A stretch of DNA of 49,730 bases from Candidatus Eiseniibacteriota bacterium. GTDB lineage: Bacteria > Orphanbacterota > Orphanbacteria > Orphanbacterales > Orphanbacteraceae. The notes beneath the pieces are model-generated. The model did not search any database and had not been told where the DNA came from. It worked only from the letters and a program-made list of their open reading frames with translations. Position numbers and translations under genes: made by a program. The stretch spans positions 1-49,730 of the forward strand of contig JBDROZ010000081.1 in the NCBI GenBank assembly GCA_043809585.1. The letters run 5' to 3'. Positions 24,482 through 32,989 of this stretch are shown here, piece by piece (position 1 is the stretch's first letter; each line of letters opens with the position of its first letter).

Positions 24482-25447
24482 TCATTTCAAGCCCGTGAAG
24501 AGATCCCTCACGTTCTCCACTTTTTCCGTGTAGCCGCCGGTGATCTCGAGATAGCGTTCCCCGGAGATGCCGAGGGCTTCGAGCATCGCCGTCTCCCCCG
24601 CTTCGTTCACCGCGGCTTCCCGGAAGCCGACCCCGAGCCGGTGGGCGGCGAGGTTCGCCAGTCCGACGAGGCGGACCGCCCGGATCGTGGACGGATCGGC
24701 CCCGCCCGGCGCGTGATGGTGGCGGACGGAGGCGGCCGTCACGGGGGCGAGCCGCCACTTCTCGGCGAGCCGGCCGCCGACGTCGCAGTGGTTCAGATCC
24801 GCGACCCGCCGCTCCCAATCGACGATCGCCGCGGCCTCTTCGGGCCGGGGCTCCTCCGACGGGTCCCGGATCAAACCCTCGAGGATCGGACCGAGCACGA
24901 TCTTGCCGATGTCGTGGAGGAGGCCGCCGACGTAGACGGCGTCCTGGCCGTCTTGGTCCTCCTTCGCCTCTCGAGCGAACTCCCGCGCGAGCTCGGCCGT
25001 GGCGTAGGAGTGCATCCAGAGGCCGCCCGGAAAGATCCCGTATGCGTGGAGATCGGCCCCCAGGAACTTCAGCGTCGCGGCGGCCATGGCCAGGCTGCGC
25101 ACGGAGAGGAACCCGAGCATCACCACCGCCTGCTGCACCGACGCCACCGGGACCGTAGGGGAGTAGAACGCCGAGTTGGCCAGCTTCAAGATTCGGGCGG
25201 TGAGGACCGCGTCCTTCTCGATGCACCTCCGGAGATCGTCGGCGGCGGACGTGTCGCTTTTCGTCAGGCCGACCAGCTCGGTCAGCACTGTCGGGAAGGG
25301 GGGCAGGTTTTCCATCCGAGAGTCCACTTCCTTGAGGACCCGGACCCGGCGGACGCCGAAGGGTTGATCGGCGCCCCGGGTGCTCTTCGCTCCGGTTCCC
25401 TCCTGGGGCCCTCCCCCTCTTCTCACCCAGATCACCTGCTGGGACAA
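24482..25447 (-). CDS. HDOD-domain protein
   Basis: LPPFP, DAVLTARILKLANSAFY, LWMHS, GLLHDIGK and RHHH motifs. TTG start is uncertain. Confidence 0.9.
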   Translation of the reverse strand: MSQQVIWVRRGGGPQEGTGAKSTRGADQPFGVRRVRVLKEVDSRMENLPPFPTVLTELVGLTKSDTSAADDLRRCIEKDAVLTARILKLANSAFYSPTVPVASVQQAVVMLGFLSVRSLAMAAATLKFLGADLHAYGIFPGGLWMHSYATAELAREFAREAKEDQDGQDAVYVGGLLHDIGKIVLGPILEGLIRDPSEEPRPEEAAAIVDWERRVADLNHCDVGGRLAEKWRLAPVTAASVRHHHAPGGADPSTIRAVRLVGLANLAAHRLGVGFREAAVNEAGETAMLEALGISGERYLEITGGYTEKVENVRDLFTGLK

Positions 25448-25460
25448 GGCTCTCTCCTTT

Positions 25461-26282
25461 CTACGGGCTCGGGGGCCCGGTCCACTCTTCGCCCGGGACC
25501 TCGAATACGTGCCCTCGGGTCGGCCCCGTGGGGCTGAACCACGTGTCTTCCGCTTCCCCGCTCTTCTTTTCCTCCGCCGTCCCGGAGGTGAAACAATCGA
25601 GGGAGATTTCCACTCTCCGGTTCATGGCGCGGTGCTCCGGCGTGTCGTTGGCGACGATCGGCCGGCTCGCCCCCCTCCCCTCGGCGAGGAGGCGGCGTCC
25701 GTCGAGCCCGGACCGCTCGAAGAAACGGACGATGTCGACCGCCCGGGCCATCGAGAGCTCCCAGTTCGACGGGTAACGGGCCGTCCGGATCGGCATGTCG
25801 TCGGAATGCCCGGTGACCCTGATCCCCCCCGGCCAATCCCCGAGGAACCGCGCCACTTCGTCCATGACCGGTATCGCGTCCTGTTTCAGGCCCGCGCTTC
25901 CGGGGTCGAAGAGAACGAGGCTCCCGAGGGTGAGCGAAAAGCCCGGTTCCGTCTCGTCGATCCGGACCAGGTTCGCCGCGTCCTTCCCGAGAAGCTGCTC
26001 GAGGGCCATTCGCAGCTTCTCCGCCTCCTTCCGGATATCCCCCCGCGATTGGGTAAGAACGCCGGGACCTCCGCTGCTGATCAGGTTCGTCTGGTCGGCG
26101 CTCCGGAGGAGGGAGAAGGCGCCCCGAACGGAACCGATGGCCGAGCGGAAGCGTGGCCCCTGCACCTGGGCGAGGGAGACCATGATCACCATGAAGCAAA
26201 AAAGGAGGAGCATCAGGGAGATGAACGTCATCTCCTGAGTCTCGTCCGCCGCCTCCTTGCGCGGCTTCCGCCTACCCACCAC
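25461..26282 (-). CDS. motB: MotB-like stator protein 2 (OmpA domain; TM helix lacks the conserved Asp)
   Basis: TM MTFISLMLLLFCFMVIMVSL, then F...IGSV..AF, LFDPGSA, GHSDD.P, YPSNWELSMARA and NRRVEI. Confidence 0.85.
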   Translation of the reverse strand: MVGRRKPRKEAADETQEMTFISLMLLLFCFMVIMVSLAQVQGPRFRSAIGSVRGAFSLLRSADQTNLISSGGPGVLTQSRGDIRKEAEKLRMALEQLLGKDAANLVRIDETEPGFSLTLGSLVLFDPGSAGLKQDAIPVMDEVARFLGDWPGGIRVTGHSDDMPIRTARYPSNWELSMARAVDIVRFFERSGLDGRRLLAEGRGASRPIVANDTPEHRAMNRRVEISLDCFTSGTAEEKKSGEAEDTWFSPTGPTRGHVFEVPGEEWTGPPSP

Positions 26283-26300
26283 CGGGCAACCCTCCCGCCT

Positions 26301-27035
26301 CTACCGGAAGTCGAGACGGATCTCGACCCGCCGGTTCCGGCGCCGGTGTTCTTCGTCCTCGTTCGGGACGAGGGGGAAGAACTCTCCTCTCGCCCGGGGG
26401 ACGATCGACGCCTCGCCGAGGCCCTCCGCCTCGAGATAGCGGACGACACTCGCCGCCCGCGCCCCCGACAATTGCCAGTTCGACCCGTACCGTCCGGCCC
26501 GGGTCGGGAGATCGCACGTGTGCCCGTCCACCGAGACATCCACGGGACCCGCCCTGATGATCCGCCCGATCGGCTCGAGGAGGAGGGCCGCTTCGGGGAT
26601 CAGGTCGGCGCTCCCCGGCGCGAACGCCACGGGCTCGGCGAGGCGAAAGATGAAACCCTCCCCTGCGGTCTCCACTTCGACCTCGCCGTAAAACCTGGAG
26701 GAGCCCGCCAGGCCCAGGAACTCCTCCATGCCGCCCACCGCTTCCTTGGCGGCGATCCCGAAAGATCCGCCCATGGAAGCCAGGAGCGGGATCACCCCCG
26801 TGTTGCCGTTCAGCGCTCCGTCGCCGCTGGCCGCCATGATGGCGTCGGCCGACTTCCCCGCGACGAGGCCGAGCATCCGATCGATCGCCCCCCGGGCCGT
26901 CTCCCATTCGCCCGGCTGATAGGTCGACGAGGCGTAGATCAGCACGTAGAAGGTGAGAAGGAGGGTGGCGAGGTCGCCGAACGTCGCCAGCCAAGACGCC
27001 GGTTCCTCCTGTTCGGGCCGCGGTTTCTTGCTCAT
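26301..27035 (-). CDS. motB: Flagellar motor stator protein MotB
   Basis: WLATFGDLATLLLTFYVL, GHTCD, SNWQLSGARA and RNRRVEI. Start overlaps the motA stop. Confidence 0.92.
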   Translation of the reverse strand: MSKKPRPEQEEPASWLATFGDLATLLLTFYVLIYASSTYQPGEWETARGAIDRMLGLVAGKSADAIMAASGDGALNGNTGVIPLLASMGGSFGIAAKEAVGGMEEFLGLAGSSRFYGEVEVETAGEGFIFRLAEPVAFAPGSADLIPEAALLLEPIGRIIRAGPVDVSVDGHTCDLPTRAGRYGSNWQLSGARAASVVRYLEAEGLGEASIVPRARGEFFPLVPNEDEEHRRRNRRVEIRLDFR

Positions 27036-27811
27036 TTCGCGCCTTCGAGCACTTTCAGCTCGTCGCGCCGCCCCGGAGGCAGGAACGTCTTCAGTTTTCT
27101 CTCCACGAGCCTCGGGTTGTCTCCGGTCTGGATCGCGCGGATCCCCTCGAGCATCAACTCCTTCACGAGCATCTCGTTCTCCGAGATGGTCTCGAGCTTG
27201 CCCGCGAGAGGCAGGAAGACCATGTTCGCCAAGAGGGTGCCGTAGAACGTGGTGATCAACGCAACCGCCATCCCCGGCCCGATCGCGGAGGGATCGTTCA
27301 CGTTCTGAAGCATCTGGATAAGGCCGATCAGGGTTCCCATCATCCCGAAGGCGGGGGCGTATTTCGCCATCTGCTTGAACATGTCCCGACCCCGCCGGTG
27401 CCTCTCCGAAAGCAGCGTCAGCTCCATGGTCATGAGAGAGTTGATTCGGTCCAGATCCATGCCGTCGATGGCGAGTTCCATGCCGTTCTTGAGGAATGTG
27501 TCGTCCACCTCTTTCAGATCCCCCTCCAAGGCGAGAAGACCGTCCCTCCGCGCCTTCTCGGCGAATCTGACGAGGGTACGTATCGTCTCCTCGGGAGTGA
27601 ACGCCTTGTTCATGAAGGCGTTCTTCACGATCCGCATGACGCCGAGGAAATCGGTCAGGGGATAGTTGATCAGGGTGGCGCAGACGGTGCCGACCACGAC
27701 GATGAGGATCGAGGGAACGTTGATGAACGATCCGACCCCACCCCCCATGAGAATGGAGCCGAGGAGAACCGCGAAACCGGCCGCGATCCCGATGACGGTC
27801 GCGAGATCCAT
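27032..27811 (-). CDS. motA: Flagellar motor stator protein MotA (PomA-like)
   Basis: MDLATVIG, ARRDGLLALE, APAFGMMGTLIGLIQML, GPGMAVALITTFYG and GDNPR motifs. Confidence 0.95.
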   Translation of the reverse strand: MDLATVIGIAAGFAVLLGSILMGGGVGSFINVPSILIVVVGTVCATLINYPLTDFLGVMRIVKNAFMNKAFTPEETIRTLVRFAEKARRDGLLALEGDLKEVDDTFLKNGMELAIDGMDLDRINSLMTMELTLLSERHRRGRDMFKQMAKYAPAFGMMGTLIGLIQMLQNVNDPSAIGPGMAVALITTFYGTLLANMVFLPLAGKLETISENEMLVKELMLEGIRAIQTGDNPRLVERKLKTFLPPGRRDELKVLEGAK

Positions 27812-27847
27812 GATCTATGAAAACCCTTTCCCCCGAGAGGATCGGGA

Positions 27848-28045
27848 TCAGACGTTTCGCGCCCGGGCCCGGGTGCCCCGGGTGTACTCCTCCACCATGC
27901 GGGCGACGTCCGGGACCGACTCGCGAACGACGATCTTCTTTCCCGTCGTCAGCGTGATGACCGTGTCGGGGGTGGCCTCGAGGCTCTCGATCAGATCGGC
28001 GTTGAGGACGATCTTCTCGCCCTTCAGATGAGTCAAGGTGATCAT
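27848..28045 (-). CDS. flbD: Flagellar FlbD-family protein
   Basis: MITLT.L.G....LNADLIE..EATPDTVITLTTG.KIVVRES, located just upstream of motA. Confidence 0.93.
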   Translation of the reverse strand: MITLTHLKGEKIVLNADLIESLEATPDTVITLTTGKKIVVRESVPDVARMVEEYTRGTRARARNV

Positions 28046-28105
28046 CGGCCGTCGTTCCCTTTCCTCTCCGATCGCCCCGGAGCCGGCGGCCCGCGTCGGC
28101 GCGGG

Positions 28106-28408
28106 CTAGAAGCCGAAGGCGAGCATCAGCTCGTCGACGAGCGCCTCGATCGCCTCCGACGAGTCGTAGTACCCGCTGTCCAGTCTGTTCATGATCCGCT
28201 CCATCCGCGCATCCGGGGCTTGGCCGGAGGGCCCCGTCTTGGGCGCCCGGCCCGCTTGGAGATCCCGGGCTTCCAGGGAGATCTGAACCCGGTCCTCGTC
28301 GCCGGCGAATCTCCGTGACCCGTCGGCCGCTTTTCCGGTGCGCCGGTCCCCCCCCGCGCCGTTCTCTCTCGCCGGATTGACGTGCGGAGCTCCGTGTTCT
28401 ACCCGCAT
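28106..28408 (-). CDS. flgM: Probable anti-sigma-28 factor FlgM
   Basis: About 100 aa with DRVQIS..AR and RMERI..R..SGYY motifs, in flagellar context. Confidence 0.7.
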   Translation of the reverse strand: MRVEHGAPHVNPARENGAGGDRRTGKAADGSRRFAGDEDRVQISLEARDLQAGRAPKTGPSGQAPDARMERIMNRLDSGYYDSSEAIEALVDELMLAFGF

Positions 28409-28465
28409 GTCCTCTTTCCTTGGATCGAGTCTTGGTTCCCCGCGCCGTCCGCTTTGGACGGCCCC

Positions 28466-29878
28466 CTAGATCAAGCCGCTGTACAAGAAGTTCACGATTC
28501 CCTGGAGGCTCTGGGACATGGACATCGCCTCCTGGAGAGCGCCGTACTGCCTGATCAGCTCGGCTTCTTCCATATCCTGCAACCGTCCGAGCCTGTCGAT
28601 GCGGCCGTCCAGGAGTTCCCGGCGGCTCGAAATCGAATTCTCGCTTCCGTGGATGATTCCGGATGCCGACACGTACTGATCGAGAAGTCCCTCGAGCCGG
28701 CCCGCGATTCCGTCCGCCGAATTGAACAGATCCTCCACGGCGCCCAGATGGTTCGCCAGCGCTTCCTCGAAATCCTCCGTGTCGCTTATCGAAAAGCTCC
28801 CGGTAGAATTCGAGGTGATCCCGATCTGCGAGAGGGCGTAGAAGATTCCCCCTTCGACGGTGGAAACCGAGCCGGCCAGTGCGGTCCTCATGTTCTGCCA
28901 TAGGTTCACGTACGGGTAGTCGCCGGCGAGGTCGCCCCGGGCGTACGTCGTCTTGTCGACCGAGACCTTGCCGCGGAGGTATCCGAACGCCTCGTTGTAG
29001 GCGGTAAGGAACTCCTGCACCTTGGCGGTGATCGCCTCTGTGTCGACCGACACGTCGATGGTCACGTCCGCGTCCGCTTCGAGCTGGGCCGAGTTCAACT
29101 CCAGAGTGACTCCGGTCAAGACCCCGGTCACCGAATTCGAGGAGTGGGTGATGGCGATGCCGTCGACCGTGAGGCCGGCGTCGAGCTCCTCGTCGGCGTA
29201 GATGTAGCCCCCGGTGGTCTCCGTGGCGAGGACCCCGGCACTCACTCCGATCGCCGCGAGCAGGCCGTCGGTGTCGGTGAAGGAGATCTTGTTTTCGAGC
29301 CCGGTCTCCGCGCTGAAGAGGGAGAGTTTCACGGTGGTGCTCGAATCGGCGATCTTCGAAGCGCCGGCGGCGAGGTCGCTCGCGTCGTTCACCGCCGTCG
29401 CGATCTTCGCGAGAACCTCTTCGTTCGTCTCCCCCGCCACGATATCGACGCTGATGTCGTGGGTCTCGCCGTCCACGGTGATGGAGAAGCCCTTCGTCCC
29501 CTCGTGGGCCGCGGAAAGGGTGGTGTCGGCCGCCGTGATCCGATCGGAGACGACCGAGTACGCCCTCGCGAGCTGGTGTACGTGAATGGTGTGGCCCATG
29601 GAGAGAGCGCCCGAACCTGCCGTGGCGGTCACCACCGAATCGTTCGTCGACGTCGCGCTCTTCGCTCCGAAAGCGGAACTGCCGCCGATCCCGCCCAGTT
29701 CCTCGGCGAGGTCCTTCAGCGTCCGCAGCTGCGTCTTGAGGTCGCCGTAGACGCCCGTCCTGACATCGAGCGCGTCCCGCTGCGCTTCCACCCGCTGAAT
29801 GCGGTTCCTGGAAACCGTCATATAGGTATTCAGAAACTGCAGTAGTTCCGCGGAATAGACTCTCTCGGTTCGAATCAT
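28466..29878 (-). CDS. fliD: Flagellar filament cap protein FliD
   Basis: ATS....VTATA, VHQLARA, VDGI.IT.SSN.VT.VL.GVTL.L, F..AYN, LSQIGI and C-terminal L..QY.AL motifs. Confidence 0.92.
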   Translation of the reverse strand: MIRTERVYSAELLQFLNTYMTVSRNRIQRVEAQRDALDVRTGVYGDLKTQLRTLKDLAEELGGIGGSSAFGAKSATSTNDSVVTATAGSGALSMGHTIHVHQLARAYSVVSDRITAADTTLSAAHEGTKGFSITVDGETHDISVDIVAGETNEEVLAKIATAVNDASDLAAGASKIADSSTTVKLSLFSAETGLENKISFTDTDGLLAAIGVSAGVLATETTGGYIYADEELDAGLTVDGIAITHSSNSVTGVLTGVTLELNSAQLEADADVTIDVSVDTEAITAKVQEFLTAYNEAFGYLRGKVSVDKTTYARGDLAGDYPYVNLWQNMRTALAGSVSTVEGGIFYALSQIGITSNSTGSFSISDTEDFEEALANHLGAVEDLFNSADGIAGRLEGLLDQYVSASGIIHGSENSISSRRELLDGRIDRLGRLQDMEEAELIRQYGALQEAMSMSQSLQGIVNFLYSGLI

Positions 29879-30228
29879 CTCGTTCCCGCCGGGCGCCCCG
29901 TTTCGACTTCGTCGACGACCTGGGCCCACGAGCTCCGGAGCTCGGAGAGGAGACCCATCACTTCCTCGAACCGCTTCTCCCGGTTCGCGTCCAGGCAGTA
30001 CTCGTAGATCCGCCAGAGAGGACCCGCGATTTCCAGATGCTCGAGGTCGAGGCCCTTCATCAACTCGACGATCCCCTTGTTCGCGCGGACCCAGTCGGAT
30101 CTCCGGCAACAGGCGATGATGTAGTCGTAGGTCTGCAGGACGAGCTGCCCCGGCGTCGACCCTTCCACCTTATTCGTGACGTAGGTGGCGATGGCCGAAC
30201 TCGTATCTGTAGGACTCTCGATGGCCAT
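29875..30228 (-). CDS. fliS: Flagellin export chaperone FliS
   Basis: Y..N.V...TPGQLVL..YD, I.EL...LD, L.RIYEY and L.ELR.SW motifs. Confidence 0.9.
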   Translation of the reverse strand: MAIESPTDTSSAIATYVTNKVEGSTPGQLVLQTYDYIIACCRRSDWVRANKGIVELMKGLDLEHLEIAGPLWRIYEYCLDANREKRFEEVMGLLSELRSSWAQVVDEVETGRPAGTR

Positions 30229-30369
30229 TGGTTCCTCGTTTTATGAGCGGTGAACTTCCTTCGTCCGTCGCCCTCGGCCCGGGAGCCGGCCCGCTCCGAT
30301 TCGATTCGGCGGCGCGGCCGGACTGCGTCCGGGGAGCGGTGCCCCCCGGACGCGAAGGCCCCGGGCTCT

Positions 30370-31212
30370 CTACCCAAAAATCAGTTGCAATACCGACTGG
30401 GGCGCGTTGTTCGCCTGGGCGAGCATCGCGATCGCCGTCTGCTGCAACATCGAGTACTTGACCAGGTTCATCTGCTCTTCCGCCATGTCGGCGTTGAAGA
30501 CCCGGCTGTGCGCCGCGAGCTGGTTGTTGATGGCCACCGAAATGTTGGCCTCCTTGATGCCGACCCGGAACTGCGTCGAGCCGAGGGTCTGGAGGCTGGT
30601 GTTCAGCGTGCTGATCGCCGTGTTGACGTTCGAGAGCGACGTCGACGCGGCGGCGGAGGTGGTCACGTCCAGATCGCCGTCCGCGACGGTGAGGCCCGCG
30701 GCGGTGTGGCTCTGGGAGATCCCGAAGGAGAAGGTATCCGTGGAAGCCTCGCCGACCTGGAACTGCTTGCCCGTGAACGTGCCGTCCAGAAGGACGTTGC
30801 TGCCCCACGTCGTCGTCGTCACGATGTCGTTGATTTCGGCGGCAAGGTCGTCGAGCTGACTCTCGACCGCCGCCCGCTCTTCGCTGCCGATCGTGTCGTT
30901 GGCCGCCTGGAGGATCTTCTCCTTCATGGTGAGAAGAATCTCGCTGATGTCCTGGAGGCCGCCCTCGGCGGTGGCGATCAGGTTCTGAGCGTCACCGACG
31001 TTGTTCCGGGCCGTTTCGAGGCCCCGGATGCGGGACTCGAGCCGCTTCGCGAAGACGAGACCGGCCGGGTCGTCCCCCGCCGAGTTGATCCGCTTGCCGG
31101 TCGCCAGCCGGAGCTGGTGGACCGTCAGCTTCGAGTTGGTGTCCCGAAGCGCCTTGAGAGCGTTCAGGGCCGACATATTGGTGTTGATGCGCGACAGGTC
31201 AGCGCCCGCCAT
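30370..31212 (-). CDS. fliC: Flagellin
   Basis: RINTNMSALNA, RLATGKRINSAGDDPAG, TAEGGL and C-terminal ADMAEE....K..MLQQ...AMLAQAN..PQSVLQL. Confidence 0.97.
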   Translation of the reverse strand: MAGADLSRINTNMSALNALKALRDTNSKLTVHQLRLATGKRINSAGDDPAGLVFAKRLESRIRGLETARNNVGDAQNLIATAEGGLQDISEILLTMKEKILQAANDTIGSEERAAVESQLDDLAAEINDIVTTTTWGSNVLLDGTFTGKQFQVGEASTDTFSFGISQSHTAAGLTVADGDLDVTTSAAASTSLSNVNTAISTLNTSLQTLGSTQFRVGIKEANISVAINNQLAAHSRVFNADMAEEQMNLVKYSMLQQTAIAMLAQANNAPQSVLQLIFG

Positions 31213-31417
31213 GTTCTAGCTCCTTTCCCGATGGTACACGTCCGGCATCCTTGCCACACATCCCGATCGACCGTCCTTGATCAACCGGCTTCCCTTGCGC
31301 GGGGAATGGGGAAGCGTGTTCCCGCTCTCGAAGTTCCCGGCCACCTCCTTTCGCGGCCATCCGCTTGGAGTCAAAACGAATTCCTCCCGATTACTCTTGT
31401 GAAACCTCTGGTCTCTG
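31213..31417 (-). promoter_or_regulatory. Long flagellin 5' leader with multiple CsrA-type GGA sites
   Basis: 13 GGA triplets between 31221 and 31387, including the hairpin GGCA-AGGA-TGCC and the AAGGAG RBS. csrA and fliW are in the same cluster. Confidence 0.7.
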
Positions 31418-31422
31418 TGGAG

Positions 31423-32989
31423 CTAATCGCGAGTGGCGGCCGGAACTTTAGTTTCCCCGGGCACTTTTTTCGCCGGTCCATCGTACGGTTTTCGGCCGGT
31501 TTCCTCCTCCCCTTCCTCGATTTCGCGCCATCGGGCCAAAGCACTTGAAGCTTCGTCGTTTCTTCCCGTTTTGCGGTAAAGTCCCGCGAGTTTTCTCAGT
31601 GATTCCCCGGAATGGGGGTTTATGGTCAAGGCTTCTTCGTACGATTCGATCGCGCCCTCGAGATCGCCCGCGCCGATTCGGAGGTAGCCGCGGCAAAGCT
31701 GGAGAGTCTCCGAGGGTCCATGGCGGAGCCCCTCCTCCACCGCTTCCTCGGCGGCCGCCCGGTCCCCCCGCGCCGAGCGAGGCGAAGACGAGGTCGCGCC
31801 AGGCGTCGGTCCGCTCCGGCTCGATTTCGAGAGCGCTCCGGAACCGGAGCCGGGCCTCGTCGAAGCGTCTCTCCGCCAGGGCGATGCGTCCGAGAAGCCG
31901 GGGGCCCGCCGCGGAGTCGGGCATCGCGAGGGCGGCCTTCGCCCCGTCCCGGGCCGCCCCGTCCAGGCGCCCGAGCCGGAGAAGCGCCTCGGCCCGGATG
32001 AGCCGGGCCTTCCCCGGATCGGGTTCGTGCCGGATCAGGCGGTCCCTCTTTCCCTCGAGGCGGCGGGTCCTCCCGAGATAGCGGTCCACTTCGGCGACCG
32101 CCCGCTCGTTCTCCCCCCTTCGCACGTTCGCGGAGGCCAAGACGAGGAGGGCGGGCAGGGCGTCCCGGTCCTCATTCAGCACCCTCTCCGCCTCGGCCGC
32201 CGCACCGTCGAGGTCCCCGCTCTTGAGGAGGGCGGCGGCGATTCCGAGCCGAGCCGCCGACCCCTGCTCGGCGGGGAGGCCGGAGGCGCGAAGGGCCTTC
32301 CGGTAGCATTCCACCGCCTTCCCGGGGTCGCCCAGGAGGGAATGGGTTTCACCCAGATGAAAGAGGACGAGGCTGTCTTCCGGGCGGTCTTCGTGATCTT
32401 CGAGGAGGAGACGGAGATTGCGCCGCAGTTTTTCCTCGGCGAATCTCCGCTCCACGGCGTACCCCTCGTGCTCGATCAGGAGGTTTCCGTGACGAACCCG
32501 CGCCCCCGCCTCGGCGAGCGCGGGGATGATCTGCTCGTGGACCCGGCCCCGGAATCGGTGGGCCGGCCTGTTGCGGAAGAGCCGGGGATACCGGTGCTCG
32601 TAGATCCGGCCCCCGGCGAGGGGACTCCGGATCCGCACGAACCAGGCGTCCGCTTCCCCCTCGAGCAGGCGCCGGAGCGTCTTCTCCTGCCCGGCGCCGA
32701 GCCGTTCGTCGGCGTCGAGGGAGAGGACCCAGTCCCCTCCCGCGGCGCCCAGACCCTCGTTCCGGGCGGCGGAGAAGTCGCCGGTCCACGGCCTCTCGAT
32801 CACCACACCGCCGGCGCCCCGGGCGATCTCGATCGTCCGGTCCTCCGACCCGGTGTCGACCACCACGATCTCGTCCGCCGCCGAGCGAACGCTCTCCAGC
32901 GCGCCGGGCAGGCGTTCCTCTTCGTTCCGGACGATCAGGCAGACCGAGAGCCGCGAATCTCGGCCCGTCCTCTTCCTATTCCCGCCCAT
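31423..32989 (-). CDS. GT2 glycosyltransferase with TPR repeats (apparent frameshift at the G6 run, 31764-31769)
   Basis: LSVCLIVRNEE, VDTGSEDRT, DFSAARN, LDADE, RLFRN and GRVHEQ, followed by TPRs. The final TPR lies in another frame (31423-31740). Confidence 0.85.
31424..31450 (-). promoter_or_regulatory. sigma-28 promoter of flagellin
   Basis: TAAAGTT-CCGGCCGCCACT-CGCGATTA, i.e. TAAA-N15-nnCGATnA. Confidence 0.7.
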
